From Bacteroidia bacterium (lineage in GTDB: Bacteria; Bacteroidota; Bacteroidia; SpSt-205), in assembly GCA_026413325.1 (NCBI GenBank), contig JANZYW010000002.1:1-63250 (forward strand): 63,250 nucleotides of DNA, read 5' to 3'. Below the pieces are notes generated by a model. The model ran no database searches. It saw only the letters and a program-made list of their open reading frames with translations, and was not told where the DNA came from. Position 1 is the first letter of the stretch, and each line of letters starts with the position of its first letter. Positions 45,801 through 55,296 of this stretch are shown here, in pieces. The position numbers and the translations under genes were made by a program.

Positions 45801-47215
45801 GTTTCTATATGCCTTTTACTCGGTTGAGCTATCTCTTAGAGGGTGTGGTTCGGTTGCGTTCCGATACCCTTTATGTTCCAGATATAGAGCTACGTGAGCC
45901 TCGAGGTAAACGTGCTTTTTTATCAGGTTTTGTTGCCCTTCGAGGGTGGAGCACTCCTTTTCTTTCTCTGCGCATCCAGTTGAGAGACGCTCCTTTTCTT
46001 CTTGCATCAGCCCCCTCTTCTGCGGATGCCTACTTGTACGGTCGGGCTGAGTTAGATCAAGGAAGCCTTTCCATAACAGGTCCATGGAATACTCCCACAT
46101 TGAGGGGAGAGCTTCGACTGGCAGAGAGTACGGATTTGACCCTTCCTCTCCAGACATATGAAAGAGGTACAAGTGCTCCTCACGTGCGGTTTATTCAGTC
46201 CGCATCGAGTAGAGATAGCCTACCTTTCTTGACGGCGCCAGAAGGGGTGGAGGTTCGGATCGTCATTCGTTCTGTCCAGCAGGCCCGATTTAGGCTTCTT
46301 TTTGATGAGCGAACTGGAGATGAAGTGATGGCACAGGGGGTAGCCAATCTGCTTTTTTCTATTGATAGAGAAGGGGCAATAGAACTCTCAGGTTCCTATG
46401 AGATACAAAGCGGCGAGTATCGGGTCAATCTGCAAGGCATCGCTTCCAAGCGGTTGAATCTGGAGCCTGGGAGTATCATCACATGGGATGGGGACCTGTA
46501 TGCAGGTGAGATGAATCTGACTGCTACCTATCGAGCCTTTACTTCTCTTCGGATGATAGATACGAGCTTCACATATACAGTACCAGTTGAGCTTCATGTT
46601 TTTCTGAAAGGTGGGCTCCTTTCCCCCACGATGAGCTTCCAGGTAGATATCCCCTCTTTTTCAGGGACACCTACGCCGATGGTTAATCTTTTCTTGCAGC
46701 GGCTGGCTACGGACGAGCAAGAGCGAAATCGACAGGTTTTTGCCTTACTGGTGCTGGGCAGCTTTGTTCCTCTGGATCAGGGGTTAGGTTCCCAGCAAGT
46801 GAGTTCGGGAGTCAGCTCGACGTTGGCGGAGTTTCTCTCTGCGCAGCTTGCGGGGTGGGTCGGACAGACACTGGGTAGCCAAATAGGGGTGGCCTTCTCC
46901 CTGGGCCAGTGGAATGAACTATCGGCGCAGCTCAGACTTTCTTTAGGGCAGAGATTCACAATAGAAAGGGATGGAGTAGTGGTAGGACCAGGACAGACAG
47001 CGGCTTCTTTAGGAAACCTTTCTGCTCGGTATCGCCTGCTTCCTTCTCGACTTACCCAGCCCACGCAGTGGCAGTTAGAGATGGAGGGTTTTAGCCGGCA
47101 AACTTTCATGTGGGGGATGGCAGGTGCTTCCAGTCAAGGGGCAGGTATTCGACTTCGGAAGGGTTTCTACCTGCCAGAGCGGCGGAAGAAGCTCCTTGTC
47201 CCCCCCTCAGAATAA
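42887..47215 (+). CDS. tamB: Translocation and assembly module protein TamB (DUF490 C-terminus). The start codon is unresolved.
   Basis: N-terminal anchor 'RKVLRPFFWAIGSLLALWVAILIVVYLLL' and a C-terminal TamB-like region 'VAFSLGQWNELSAQLRLSLGQRFTIERDG'. There is no ATG or GTG between the tRNA 3' end (42883) and the anchor. Candidate starts are ATT 42887, CTG 42929 and TTG 42932/42938. The 3' end is secure. Confidence 0.75.
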   Translation: MRKVLRPFFWAIGSLLALWVAILIVVYLLLQSDSGQKAMRRWSVALLQEVLGTDVEMGRLRLSGIAHISLEKLVIYDKACQPFLQVEKAQLGWIPFAFWRGFWRGQLYIPVSSVLLEDPNVYIYVERGSGLSNLDRLFPSDTSDTEGGKWRMSLGSLQIRRGSFRWIDSTQADSALLPMQGFLRYAHLYIDSLYIEAAVEWSQGGKLFAHLQHLTAHERNSGVRIPALSLLLEAYPDRVRISALEVRLSASHLRGKAFFPKEGLDKLFLDTDTKQFRADLEGVLDWREVSAFAGEVLPIQGRWGVAVRVYGDLYRLEVPSLEVRLESGAYVRGEGEIVHYARPTQMAWNVRIREGSLSLSDIRRVIPVFEIPQELDTQRVWGFRAEHTGDLRRYQTKLETQGVWVDVSLKKDSTWVYGVDIRFDRWDSQWLIPISPLREVSGTLTASGRGLGFTDGRGIVRAHLQGWYEGQGEWSLIGEGVLEQEGYQGILYVESPYGVGEYRGTLPLSDGGAYFGEGSFTGLKAQLWGGVGTLSGYFQGKGRGIPWREGTATLRIDSLVWYHPEAVHRLGTLRLEAVGGQRYEVLGEGLAIWVQGEKNWLQGLKEWEESWTMWTEQGVWPSDQVREDWELTVRMAVGSSIWLSLTGVEGAPQFHGTVLEAFLKETGQGKEGGISLEWDSLSLGSLQIGGTLVRCRVEEDSLPRWQAEVISLEGKTYVPYQGIHVKMAGSLQVGEIEVGARIGAKEDSLQMKAIWKWPSGKIPVQLFLRERNSFFSLAGKEWTVTFPGPITFGWDGRWEVGGLRAESGDSYLYFLRNEQRLLVEVERLPLEGLLSVLGRSLPVGGVLHGRWEMTQGAPTFRLLGDSLRYERQVYPQIWAMGEAEEDSVLFRFGLREGKTEFLTGTGCYHLRDTLSPLRADIRSVRIPASWLEPFLGDYIRNPRGYFRSQRLIVTGSPLSPAIYGEIFCDGVGFYMPFTRLSYLLEGVVRLRSDTLYVPDIELREPRGKRAFLSGFVALRGWSTPFLSLRIQLRDAPFLLASAPSSADAYLYGRAELDQGSLSITGPWNTPTLRGELRLAESTDLTLPLQTYERGTSAPHVRFIQSASSRDSLPFLTAPEGVEVRIVIRSVQQARFRLLFDERTGDEVMAQGVANLLFSIDREGAIELSGSYEIQSGEYRVNLQGIASKRLNLEPGSIITWDGDLYAGEMNLTATYRAFTSLRMIDTSFTYTVPVELHVFLKGGLLSPTMSFQVDIPSFSGTPTPMVNLFLQRLATDEQERNRQVFALLVLGSFVPLDQGLGSQQVSSGVSSTLAEFLSAQLAGWVGQTLGSQIGVAFSLGQWNELSAQLRLSLGQRFTIERDGVVVGPGQTAASLGNLSARYRLLPSRLTQPTQWQLEMEGFSRQTFMWGMAGASSQGAGIRLRKGFYLPERRKKLLVPPSE

Positions 47216-47217
47216 TC

Positions 47218-47225
47218 TACTTTTG
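47218..47225 (+). promoter_or_regulatory. -7 box TACTTTTG, 4 nt upstream of the ATG at 47230 (leaderless-type)
   Basis: Exact match, 2 nt after the tamB stop. Confidence 0.5.
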
Positions 47226-47229
47226 TAGT

Positions 47230-48648
47230 ATGCGGAAACTCCTTCTCCCCCTTGTTATCGTGGGTGTCCTCTCTGGAGCTGTGGCTGCTCTGTCGGTCTA
47301 TTGGCTTCTTGACAAACCCGCGCAATCTGTGCAGACCGTCGTGGTCCCCGTTCGCTCAGCTCGTTGGCAGGATGGCCCAGGTGCTGCAGGTTTCGTAGAG
47401 GCTGCCCGCCGGGCTACTCCATCCGTCGTATTTATTCGCGGTTATGGGGAACGGGTAGCAGGGGAGGATTTCTGGAACTACTGGTGGCTTTGGATGCCTC
47501 GCTCTCAGCGAGTGTATAGTGCAGGCTCAGGAGTAGTATGGAGTGCAGATGGGTATATCGTGACGAACTTTCATGTCGTGCGGGAAGCTTCCCGAATCCT
47601 TGTGACTTTTCCCAATAAACGCACATTGGAAGCACAGGTGGTAGGTGCAGATGCCGGTGTAGATATTGCTTTGCTAAAGGTAAAAGCAGACAATCTCCCT
47701 TCTCTCCCTCTGGCAAACTCCGATTCTGTCCAGATCGGAGAGTGGGTGTTGGCGATAGGAAATCCCTACAACCTTACCTATACGGTTACAGCGGGTATTA
47801 TCAGTGCACGAGGCCGAAACCTCAACTTGCTACAAGGCCCTCTTCCCCTTGAGTCATTCCTTCAGACCGATGCTGCTATCAACCCTGGGAATAGTGGTGG
47901 GGCACTCGTGAATCTCAAAGGGCAGTTGGTAGGCATCAATACGGCGATAGCTTCTCGGACTGGCTCGTATGTAGGGTATGGTTTCGCTATCCCGGTGAAT
48001 ATCGTTCGGAAAGTGGTAGAGGATCTAAAGCAGTACGGCATGGTGCAGCGGGCCTTTTTGGATATCGAAGTGGTGGACTTCTCAGAGGAAGGAAGTCCAG
48101 AGCTCTCGGCCGACGAGTTACAGGGGCTCTATGTAGGTCGGGTACAAGCAGGAGGATCGGCTGAAAAGGCAGGGCTCAGGACAGGGGACTACATCATCGC
48201 TGTGGAGGGCGTACCCGTTCAAACCCAAGCTGAGCTGCTTGAAAGACTGGCTCAGCACCGCCCGGGAGATAAAATAAAAATCACCTATCGCAGAGGAGGA
48301 CGCCTATATGAGACTACCGCCACTCTCACGAATGAAGAAGGGGACCCCACCTTACTGCGTCGTACCATCTATCGGTCAGAGAAGCTAGGGGCAGATATTG
48401 TCTCTATCAGTCCTCGAGAAGCCGAACGGCTGGGGGTAAAAACGGGGTATCGCATTCAGAACTTGCGTTCAGGACTACTCGCTCAGATGGGACTCTCAGA
48501 AGGATTTGTCATTCTTTCCGTGAATAACCGGGTTCCGGCAAGTCCGCAGGAGTTAGAGGAGATTTTCTTGCACGTGCGAGGTCGGCTTAGCATACAAGGC
48601 ATAGACGCACAAGGACGTCGTTCCTATTTTTCGTTTGAGCTTCGGTGA
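47230..48648 (+). CDS. htrA: HtrA/DegP/DegQ family periplasmic serine protease with PDZ domains
   Basis: Catalytic triad context 'TNFHVV', 'DIALLKV', 'GNSGGALVN', followed by PDZ regions. The signal anchor starts at the ATG at 47230. Confidence 0.9.
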   Translation: MRKLLLPLVIVGVLSGAVAALSVYWLLDKPAQSVQTVVVPVRSARWQDGPGAAGFVEAARRATPSVVFIRGYGERVAGEDFWNYWWLWMPRSQRVYSAGSGVVWSADGYIVTNFHVVREASRILVTFPNKRTLEAQVVGADAGVDIALLKVKADNLPSLPLANSDSVQIGEWVLAIGNPYNLTYTVTAGIISARGRNLNLLQGPLPLESFLQTDAAINPGNSGGALVNLKGQLVGINTAIASRTGSYVGYGFAIPVNIVRKVVEDLKQYGMVQRAFLDIEVVDFSEEGSPELSADELQGLYVGRVQAGGSAEKAGLRTGDYIIAVEGVPVQTQAELLERLAQHRPGDKIKITYRRGGRLYETTATLTNEEGDPTLLRRTIYRSEKLGADIVSISPREAERLGVKTGYRIQNLRSGLLAQMGLSEGFVILSVNNRVPASPQELEEIFLHVRGRLSIQGIDAQGRRSYFSFELR

Positions 48649-49934
48649 AGCTACCAGAGGCTTTTTCGGAGCGAATGAAGGCTCGTCTGGGGGAAGAGTG
48701 GCCCGCCTTTCTCTCTGCTCTGGACACTCCCCCTCCTACCTCTGTGCGGTTGCATCCTCGGAAAGGGGAAGGCCTTTTCTCAAGTGTCGCTGGGGTACCG
48801 TGGCATCCCTTAGGAAGGGTGCTTACAAATCGCCCGCACTTCGAATCAGACCCCCTTTGGCATGCGGGGGCTTACTACGTTCAGGAAGCCTCAGGCATGA
48901 GTGTACGACTATTTCTGCCCGAAGGTAAGCCCCTTCGAGTCATAGACTTAAGTGCGGCTCCGGGGGGCAAAGCGACACTCGTGTTGGGAGAAATAGGATG
49001 GGAAGGAGGCCTCTTAGTAGCAAATGATCCAGACCCGCTCCGACGGGTAGCCCTTCGAGAAAACTTAGAGAGATGGGGCATTCCCGCTTACATTATCACA
49101 GGTCGGCACCCCCGTTGGTGGGCAGAAAGGTATCCTGGCGCTTTTGACGTCGTCATTTTAGATGCTCCCTGTTCTGGAGAGGGACTGTGGCGACGTGACC
49201 CGAAAGCCCTCTGTCTGTGGAGCCCCTCCCATTCTCAGCGCATGCAGCGACTGCAGCGCAGCCTTCTTTTTTCCGCCCTACAGCTTGTGGCACCAGGAGG
49301 AATCCTGATCTATTCAACCTGCACCTATGCCCCCCAAGAAAACGAAGAAAATCTCGCTTATGTCTTTTCAGAGGCAGCGGCGTGGGAACCTATCGAATGG
49401 ACTTCCCCTCCTCCCGCGGTACAAACCGTCGCGTATGGAGAAGCGGGAGGGATAGGATATTATTTTTATCCCCATAGAGGCCCAGGGGAGGGTTTCTTCA
49501 TTTCTGCGTGGCGTCGTCGAGGGAAGAGGGGGCATTTTCGTTCTGTCCCTCTCAGAATCTCTCGCAAGAAGTCCCCCTATGTCCTCCCACACGAACTGTT
49601 AGCCTTTTCACGAGGAGAAGGGCTCTATGGACTTACTGCGACTGCAGCCGAAGTCTTCCTTCCAGGGCTCGCTGAAGAAAAATGGGAGGCTTTCCCTCTC
49701 TGGCGTCACAGCCGCCCCTCCCATGCAGCTGCCCTTCTGGATAGGGGGATGCAACAAGCCTTCCCAGAGCGAGTGTTAGAAGAGGGAGAGTTTGATGCCT
49801 ATCTTAGAGGAGAAGTGTTTTCTTTCCGTTTTCCTTTTGAATGGGTCACTTACCAAGGACGAGGGATCGGCTGGCTCTATCGAGGACGTCCTTCCCTCCC
49901 ACTTACTTGGAAACGGTTTCTACGAAATCGATAA
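48645..49934 (+). CDS. RsmB/RsmF (NOL1/NOP2/Sun) family rRNA cytosine-C5 methyltransferase
   Basis: 'DLSAAPGGKAT', 'DAPCSGEGLWRRDP' and 'YSTCT' motifs. The GTG start overlaps the htrA stop (GTGA). Confidence 0.85.
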   Translation: MKLPEAFSERMKARLGEEWPAFLSALDTPPPTSVRLHPRKGEGLFSSVAGVPWHPLGRVLTNRPHFESDPLWHAGAYYVQEASGMSVRLFLPEGKPLRVIDLSAAPGGKATLVLGEIGWEGGLLVANDPDPLRRVALRENLERWGIPAYIITGRHPRWWAERYPGAFDVVILDAPCSGEGLWRRDPKALCLWSPSHSQRMQRLQRSLLFSALQLVAPGGILIYSTCTYAPQENEENLAYVFSEAAAWEPIEWTSPPPAVQTVAYGEAGGIGYYFYPHRGPGEGFFISAWRRRGKRGHFRSVPLRISRKKSPYVLPHELLAFSRGEGLYGLTATAAEVFLPGLAEEKWEAFPLWRHSRPSHAAALLDRGMQQAFPERVLEEGEFDAYLRGEVFSFRFPFEWVTYQGRGIGWLYRGRPSLPLTWKRFLRNR

Positions 49935-50327
49935 AGAAGAACCCTCTTCATAGTATCCCTTTTGGTGATAAATTTCTATGCCTGGGAGCCTTTCCAGTCC
50001 AAATACTACATATCGAAGGTCTTCCAGTTCATCTTCGCCCTCGCCCTGATAGATGGTCATCTGGATCTTACCTCCGAGCTGGAGAAAATCATGAAGGAAT
50101 TGATATAGCTCGCGTTGGCTGGAAGAGTTGATATAGGACAGCTCCACATGTATTTGAAGAGGGGATTTTGTCAAAGCTTCTTTGTGTTCCTTAAGAAACT
50201 CCCAGAGAGGACGGAAAAACTCTATGCTGTTCTCGGGGAAACAGGAGCCGCGAAGGATCAGCAAATGTTTTTCGGCTTGAAACAAAATCTCGGGAGTATG
50301 CAGGGTAGGAGAGAGATGCAAATTCAT
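49920..50327 (-). CDS. DUF1987 / SiaC-like small protein
   Basis: 135 aa. 'ILRGSCFPENSIEFFRPLWEFL' and 'LSYINSSSQRELYQFL' match the DUF1987 pattern as I recall it. The start is at the internal ATG at 50327. Confidence 0.6.
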   Translation of the reverse strand: MNLHLSPTLHTPEILFQAEKHLLILRGSCFPENSIEFFRPLWEFLKEHKEALTKSPLQIHVELSYINSSSQRELYQFLHDFLQLGGKIQMTIYQGEGEDELEDLRYVVFGLERLPGIEIYHQKGYYEEGSSLSIS

Positions 50328-50440
50328 GGTATGCAATAGTACAAAATCCCGAACAAAAACCGTACTATTTGCCAGGGCTCTCTTCCTGTGGAGAAGTAGG
50401 ATAACGCTATGAGGAGTCTGATGCGATCTTTGTGAAACGC

Positions 50441-53400
50441 ATGTGTGATTTCGTCCACCTCCATGTCCACACAGAATACAGCCTTCTGGATGGGGCATCT
50501 CGCATTCCCTCTCTTATGGCGCGAGCTCAAGAGCTGGGTATGTCAGCCATCGCTCTATCTGACCACGGAAACCTTTTTGCCGTACCCAAGTTTTGTGCTG
50601 AAGCGGAGAAGGCAGGCATTAAACCTATTATAGGGTGCGAGTTTTATATCACAGAAGGAGATTCTTTTTCAAGAGAAAAGACTGTTTATCATCAGCTTCT
50701 TCTGGCAAGAAATCAAAAAGGATGGGAAAATTTGCTCTATCTCTCCTCCATAAGTTTCATAGAGGGCTTTTATTACAAGCCTCGTATTCACAAAGGGCTT
50801 TTAGCTGCTCATAAAGAAGGCCTTATCGCTACTACAGGCTGCTTAGCCAGCGAGATTAATCAGAAGCTGCTGGCGAATCGGATAAAGGAAGCCGAGCAGG
50901 TTTTCCTCTGGTATAGAGAGCTGTTTGGAGAAAATTTCTACGTAGAGCTCCAGGATCATGGTCTCAAAGATCAGTACCAGATAGCACAAGTTCTTTTATC
51001 CTGGGCGAAGCGCTATCAAGTCAAAGTAATCGCCACAAATGATGTGCATTATACTTGTGAGGCAGATGCGGACATACACGACCTCCTGCTGGCGATCCAA
51101 ACAGCCAGTGATTACGATGATCCTAAGCGCTTTCGATTCACAGATGATGCAGGTCGGCTGAACCCACACTTCTATCTCAAGGGAGAGTTAGAAATGCGAG
51201 CTATGCCCCTTTTTCAGGAGCATCCAGAAGCTCTCCTCCAAACCCGAGAGATAGTGGAAAAGTGCGAGCTTCGATTGGATTTTCGTCGTCCCCTCCTTCT
51301 TCCCAAGTATCCTATCCCCCCAGAGTTTCCCGATATGGAGGCATATCTGCGACACTTAGCATACGAAGGGGCTCGTCATCGATATGGAGAGCTATCGGAG
51401 AGAGTGGTTTCTCGTCTTGACCATGAGCTGCGCATCATTGGAGAAATGGGTTTTGCGGGGTACTTCCTTATCGTGCAAGATTTCGTGGCAGAGGCGAAGC
51501 GAAGGGGTGTCTGGGTGGGCCCTGGCCGAGGTTCAGCTGCAGGAAGTCTCGTAGCCTACGTCTTAGGTATCACGAATGTAGATCCATTAGCTTATCAGCT
51601 TTTGTTTGAGCGTTTTCTAAACCCTGAACGTATCAGCCCTCCCGATATAGATATCGATTTCGATGATGAGGGGCGAGAGGAGGTGATCCGATATGTGCAG
51701 GAGAAGTACGGCTCAGAAAATGTCGCTCAGATCATCACATATGGCACGATGGGCATAAAAACGGCTATTCGAGATGTGGGGCGTACCCTGAAAGTGCCCC
51801 TTGCAGAGGTGAACCACTTGGCTGGATTGATACCTAATAGACCCAACATCACCTGGCAGGAGGCTCTTCATCCTTCGGAGAATCCGAAAGCCCATGTGCT
51901 TCGTGATCTGCTTGCGCGAGAAGGGACCCCTCAAAAACGCCTCCTGGAGACTGCTGCTCAGCTGGAGGGGATTACCCGACATACAGGTGTCCACGCAGCG
52001 GGTGTTATCATCGCCCCCGATAAACTGTGGCGATATGTGCCTTTAGCCGTGGCTACTCGAGACGAGAGCCTCCGTCAAGTCATCACGCAGTGGGATGGCC
52101 CTGATTGTGAGAGTATGGGTCTACTCAAAATGGACTTTCTGGGACTCAAAACCCTCTCTATCCTCAAAACGGCTGTCCACCTGATTCAGAAGCTTACCCA
52201 TGCCGATGCTCCACTTGACATAGAAGCGGTACCTCTGGACGATGAGAAGACCTGGCGTCTTTTCCAGGAAGGCCAAACAGTAGGTATATTTCAGTTCGAA
52301 TCAGAGGGCATGCAGAAGTATCTCAAGCTCCTTCGCCCCACCTGCATAGAGGATCTTATCGCTATGAATGCGCTGTATCGGCCCGGCCCCATGGATAATA
52401 TCCCGACTTTTGTGAGACGCAAGCACGGTGAGGAGCCGGTGACCTATCCGGATCCTCGTCTCCGCCCCATCTTGGAGACGACATACGGTATCATGGTCTA
52501 TCAGGAGCAGATCATGCAGATAGCCCAGGTGATGGCTGGCTATTCGCTGGCAGAGGCCGATCTCCTTCGTCGGGCCATGGGCAAAAAGAAAAAAGAGATT
52601 ATGGACCAACATCGGGCTTCTTTCGTAGAGCGGGCCGTCCAACAGGGAACTGACCGAGCCGTGGCAGAGGAGGTATTCGATACTATGGCTCGTTTTGCAG
52701 AGTACGGATTCAATAAATCACATGCGGCTGCTTATAGCATCCTGGCGTATAGGACCGCCTATCTCAAAGCCAACTACCCCGCTGCGTACATGGCAGCTGT
52801 CCTTACTCACCACGCAGATGACTCAGAGAAAGTAGGCTTTTTCTTACAGGAGGTTCGAGCGCTTGGTCTACAAGTTTTGCCCCCTTGTGTAAATGCCAGT
52901 GAGGTGAACTTCTCCGTTCCTTCCTTTCATGAGATACGGTTTGGTCTGGGAGGGATAAAGCACTTAGGAGACAAGATGGCGGAGCTCATCGTGAAAGAGC
53001 GGGAGGCGAACGGGCCTTTTAAGGATGTATATGATTTCGCTCTTCGGATGATGCCGCATGGCCTTACTAAAAAGTCTTTTGAGAGTCTTTGTTTTGCTGG
53101 AGCTCTGGATACCCTCGTAGGGGGCCAGCGTGAGTATTTACTGGATGAAGGAAATCGTCACCTTGTATTAGACTATGCTGCTTCCCTCAAAAGACCTCTT
53201 CGCCGACCGCAAGCGTCTCTTTTTGATACTGTGGTTCTGACCATGCCTTCGCCGCCTCCCCTGCGGCGACCCGTGCAAACCTTTACTTTACCTGAGAGGC
53301 TCCGGTACGAGAGAGACTATGTTGGGTATTTTCTTTCTTCTCATCCATTAGATGAATACAGCGCCCTTGTGCGAGCCGCTCGGCTCAATCCAGAAGCCAG

Positions 53401-53938
53401 TCTGATTTTTACGGCGGAGGAATCTGAAGAACGGGTGGTCCGATGGGCAGCTTTACTCCGAGAAGTAGATGAAAGACGCTCCCGTCAAGGGCGCTCTTAT
53501 GCCCGTCTCACCTTTGAAGATAAAGTGGGGAGTTACACCCTCACAGTTTTTTCTCCTCAATGGGAGCAGGTCGCCCCGCGAATACGAGAAGCAGAGGGCT
53601 CCCCTTTTTATGTCGAAGTGGAACGAGTTGCTCGGGCAGATGGGGTCTCAGAGTGGAAGCTTCGCTCCATAGATGAGCTTCCCAATGCATCGCAGTCTCT
53701 TATTTCTGCTATCTATTTGGAGTGGGACCTTCATGCTCTCAAGGAAAAGCAAGCGCTGGCGGTGCTCGTAGAGGTGTGTGAGCAATTCCCCGGCTCTATA
53801 CCTGTCTATTTTCTCCTTCATTATCAACGGCGAGTACCAGTGCTCCTGTCGACAGAGTGGAAGTTGCGATACACAGCTGATCTTCTGGAAAGATTTCGTC
53901 CTCTGGGTATACGAGTACGGACGAATCTTCCCTCATGA
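50441..53938 (+). CDS. dnaE: DNA polymerase III alpha subunit
   Basis: PHP domain 'FVHLHVHTEYSLLDG', 'GPGRGSAAGSLVAY', 'FERFLNPERISPPDIDIDF', 'FNKSHAAAY'. The ATG at 50441 is preferred over the GTG at 50432. Confidence 0.97.
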   Translation: MCDFVHLHVHTEYSLLDGASRIPSLMARAQELGMSAIALSDHGNLFAVPKFCAEAEKAGIKPIIGCEFYITEGDSFSREKTVYHQLLLARNQKGWENLLYLSSISFIEGFYYKPRIHKGLLAAHKEGLIATTGCLASEINQKLLANRIKEAEQVFLWYRELFGENFYVELQDHGLKDQYQIAQVLLSWAKRYQVKVIATNDVHYTCEADADIHDLLLAIQTASDYDDPKRFRFTDDAGRLNPHFYLKGELEMRAMPLFQEHPEALLQTREIVEKCELRLDFRRPLLLPKYPIPPEFPDMEAYLRHLAYEGARHRYGELSERVVSRLDHELRIIGEMGFAGYFLIVQDFVAEAKRRGVWVGPGRGSAAGSLVAYVLGITNVDPLAYQLLFERFLNPERISPPDIDIDFDDEGREEVIRYVQEKYGSENVAQIITYGTMGIKTAIRDVGRTLKVPLAEVNHLAGLIPNRPNITWQEALHPSENPKAHVLRDLLAREGTPQKRLLETAAQLEGITRHTGVHAAGVIIAPDKLWRYVPLAVATRDESLRQVITQWDGPDCESMGLLKMDFLGLKTLSILKTAVHLIQKLTHADAPLDIEAVPLDDEKTWRLFQEGQTVGIFQFESEGMQKYLKLLRPTCIEDLIAMNALYRPGPMDNIPTFVRRKHGEEPVTYPDPRLRPILETTYGIMVYQEQIMQIAQVMAGYSLAEADLLRRAMGKKKKEIMDQHRASFVERAVQQGTDRAVAEEVFDTMARFAEYGFNKSHAAAYSILAYRTAYLKANYPAAYMAAVLTHHADDSEKVGFFLQEVRALGLQVLPPCVNASEVNFSVPSFHEIRFGLGGIKHLGDKMAELIVKEREANGPFKDVYDFALRMMPHGLTKKSFESLCFAGALDTLVGGQREYLLDEGNRHLVLDYAASLKRPLRRPQASLFDTVVLTMPSPPPLRRPVQTFTLPERLRYERDYVGYFLSSHPLDEYSALVRAARLNPEASLIFTAEESEERVVRWAALLREVDERRSRQGRSYARLTFEDKVGSYTLTVFSPQWEQVAPRIREAEGSPFYVEVERVARADGVSEWKLRSIDELPNASQSLISAIYLEWDLHALKEKQALAVLVEVCEQFPGSIPVYFLLHYQRRVPVLLSTEWKLRYTADLLERFRPLGIRVRTNLPS

Positions 53939-53951
53939 ATCATAAAGTCCG

Positions 53952-53959
53952 TATTTTTG
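53952..53959 (+). promoter_or_regulatory. -7 box TATTTTTG, 13 nt upstream of the trxA ATG
   Basis: Exact match. Confidence 0.45.
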
Positions 53960-53972
53960 TTTTCGTCTGATT

Positions 53973-54320
53973 ATGCAAGAACCAGTGAAGCCTGTAGACA
54001 AACCTGTCAACATCACGGATTCTACATTCGCCCAAGAGGTGTTACAGAGCAATATCCCTGTTTTAGTTGATTTTTGGGCTCCATGGTGCGGCCCCTGTCG
54101 AATGATAGCTCCCGTCTTGGAGCAGATCGCTCAGAAGTATGCAGGCAAAATCAAGATTGCTAAAATGAATGTGGACGAAAACTCGTTTATTCCTACGCAA
54201 TACTACATCCAGGCTATCCCTACCCTGATACTCTATCGAGCTGGGCAGCCTGTGGACAAAATCGTAGGGGCTCTGCCTGGACCTGCCCTGGAGAAGCGCA
54301 TTCTTGCGCATATCTCCTGA
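53973..54320 (+). CDS. trxA: Thioredoxin
   Basis: 115 aa with the '[12 protein letters not shown]' active site. Confidence 0.95.
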   Translation: MQEPVKPVDKPVNITDSTFAQEVLQSNIPVLVDFWAPWCGPCRMIAPVLEQIAQKYAGKIKIAKMNVDENSFIPTQYYIQAIPTLILYRAGQPVDKIVGALPGPALEKRILAHIS

Positions 54321-54327
54321 GCCTCGA

Positions 54328-55296
54328 ATGGAGGTAATTTTAGACTTTGAGAGGCCCATCGTCGAGCTGGAGGGTCGGATCGCAGAGACGAAACGGCTCG
54401 CTGAGCAGACGGGGCTGGACATTTCAGACAGCCTATCTGCTTTGGAGGAGCGGCTGGAGCGCCTCAAGCATGATATTTATCAAAATCTTTCACCTTGGCA
54501 GCGGGTGCAGCTCGCTCGCCACCCTTCCCGCCCCTATTCGTTAGATTACATCCACGCTATCTGTGAGGACTTTATCGAGCTTCACGGCGATCGGTGTGCG
54601 GGAGATGACAAAGCCATCGTGGGGGGCATAGGTAGAATCGGCGTTCATACGGCTATCCTCATCGGCCAACAAAAAGGACGAGACACCAAAAGTCGTCAGT
54701 ACCGGAACTTCGGCATGCCTAATCCCGAAGGGTATCGCAAAGCCCTTCGTCTCATGAAATTGGCTGAGCGACTTCGCAAGCCGGTCATCACTTTCATAGA
54801 CACTCCTGGTGCGTATCCAGGCACTCATGCAGAGGAGTTTGGGCAGGCGGAAGCGATCGCGCGGAATCTTTATGAGATGGCGCAGCTTCGAGTACCTATT
54901 CTTGTTTTTATTATAGGGGAAGGGGCCTCTGGTGGGGCACTCGGCATAGGTGTAGGGGACAAGATCTACATGTTAGAGAACACCTGGTATTCCGTTATTT
55001 CCCCTGAGAGCTGTGCCAGCATTCTGTGGCGTTCATGGGAATATAAAGAAAAAGCAGCAGAAGCGCTGCACCTATCCGCCACTGACAATCTGAAGCTGGG
55101 AACTATTGATGAGATTCTGCCTGAACCGTTGGGAGGGGCTCATAAAAATCCCACGGCTGTTTTTCGGCTTGTGAGGGAAAAAATCCTCCAGGACCTCCCG
55201 CCGTTATTATCGATCGCCCCTGAGGAGCTGGTTCCGCTCCGCTTAGAGAAATACAGCAAGATGGGACGCTGGAGAGAAAAAACTGCATCCCCATGA
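54328..55296 (+). CDS. accA: Acetyl-CoA carboxylase carboxyltransferase alpha subunit
   Basis: 'LDFE.PI.ELE..I', 'HPSRPY..DYI', 'GD.....D.AIVGG', '[19 protein letters not shown]'. The start is at the ATG at 54328. Confidence 0.93.
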   Translation: MEVILDFERPIVELEGRIAETKRLAEQTGLDISDSLSALEERLERLKHDIYQNLSPWQRVQLARHPSRPYSLDYIHAICEDFIELHGDRCAGDDKAIVGGIGRIGVHTAILIGQQKGRDTKSRQYRNFGMPNPEGYRKALRLMKLAERLRKPVITFIDTPGAYPGTHAEEFGQAEAIARNLYEMAQLRVPILVFIIGEGASGGALGIGVGDKIYMLENTWYSVISPESCASILWRSWEYKEKAAEALHLSATDNLKLGTIDEILPEPLGGAHKNPTAVFRLVREKILQDLPPLLSIAPEELVPLRLEKYSKMGRWREKTASP

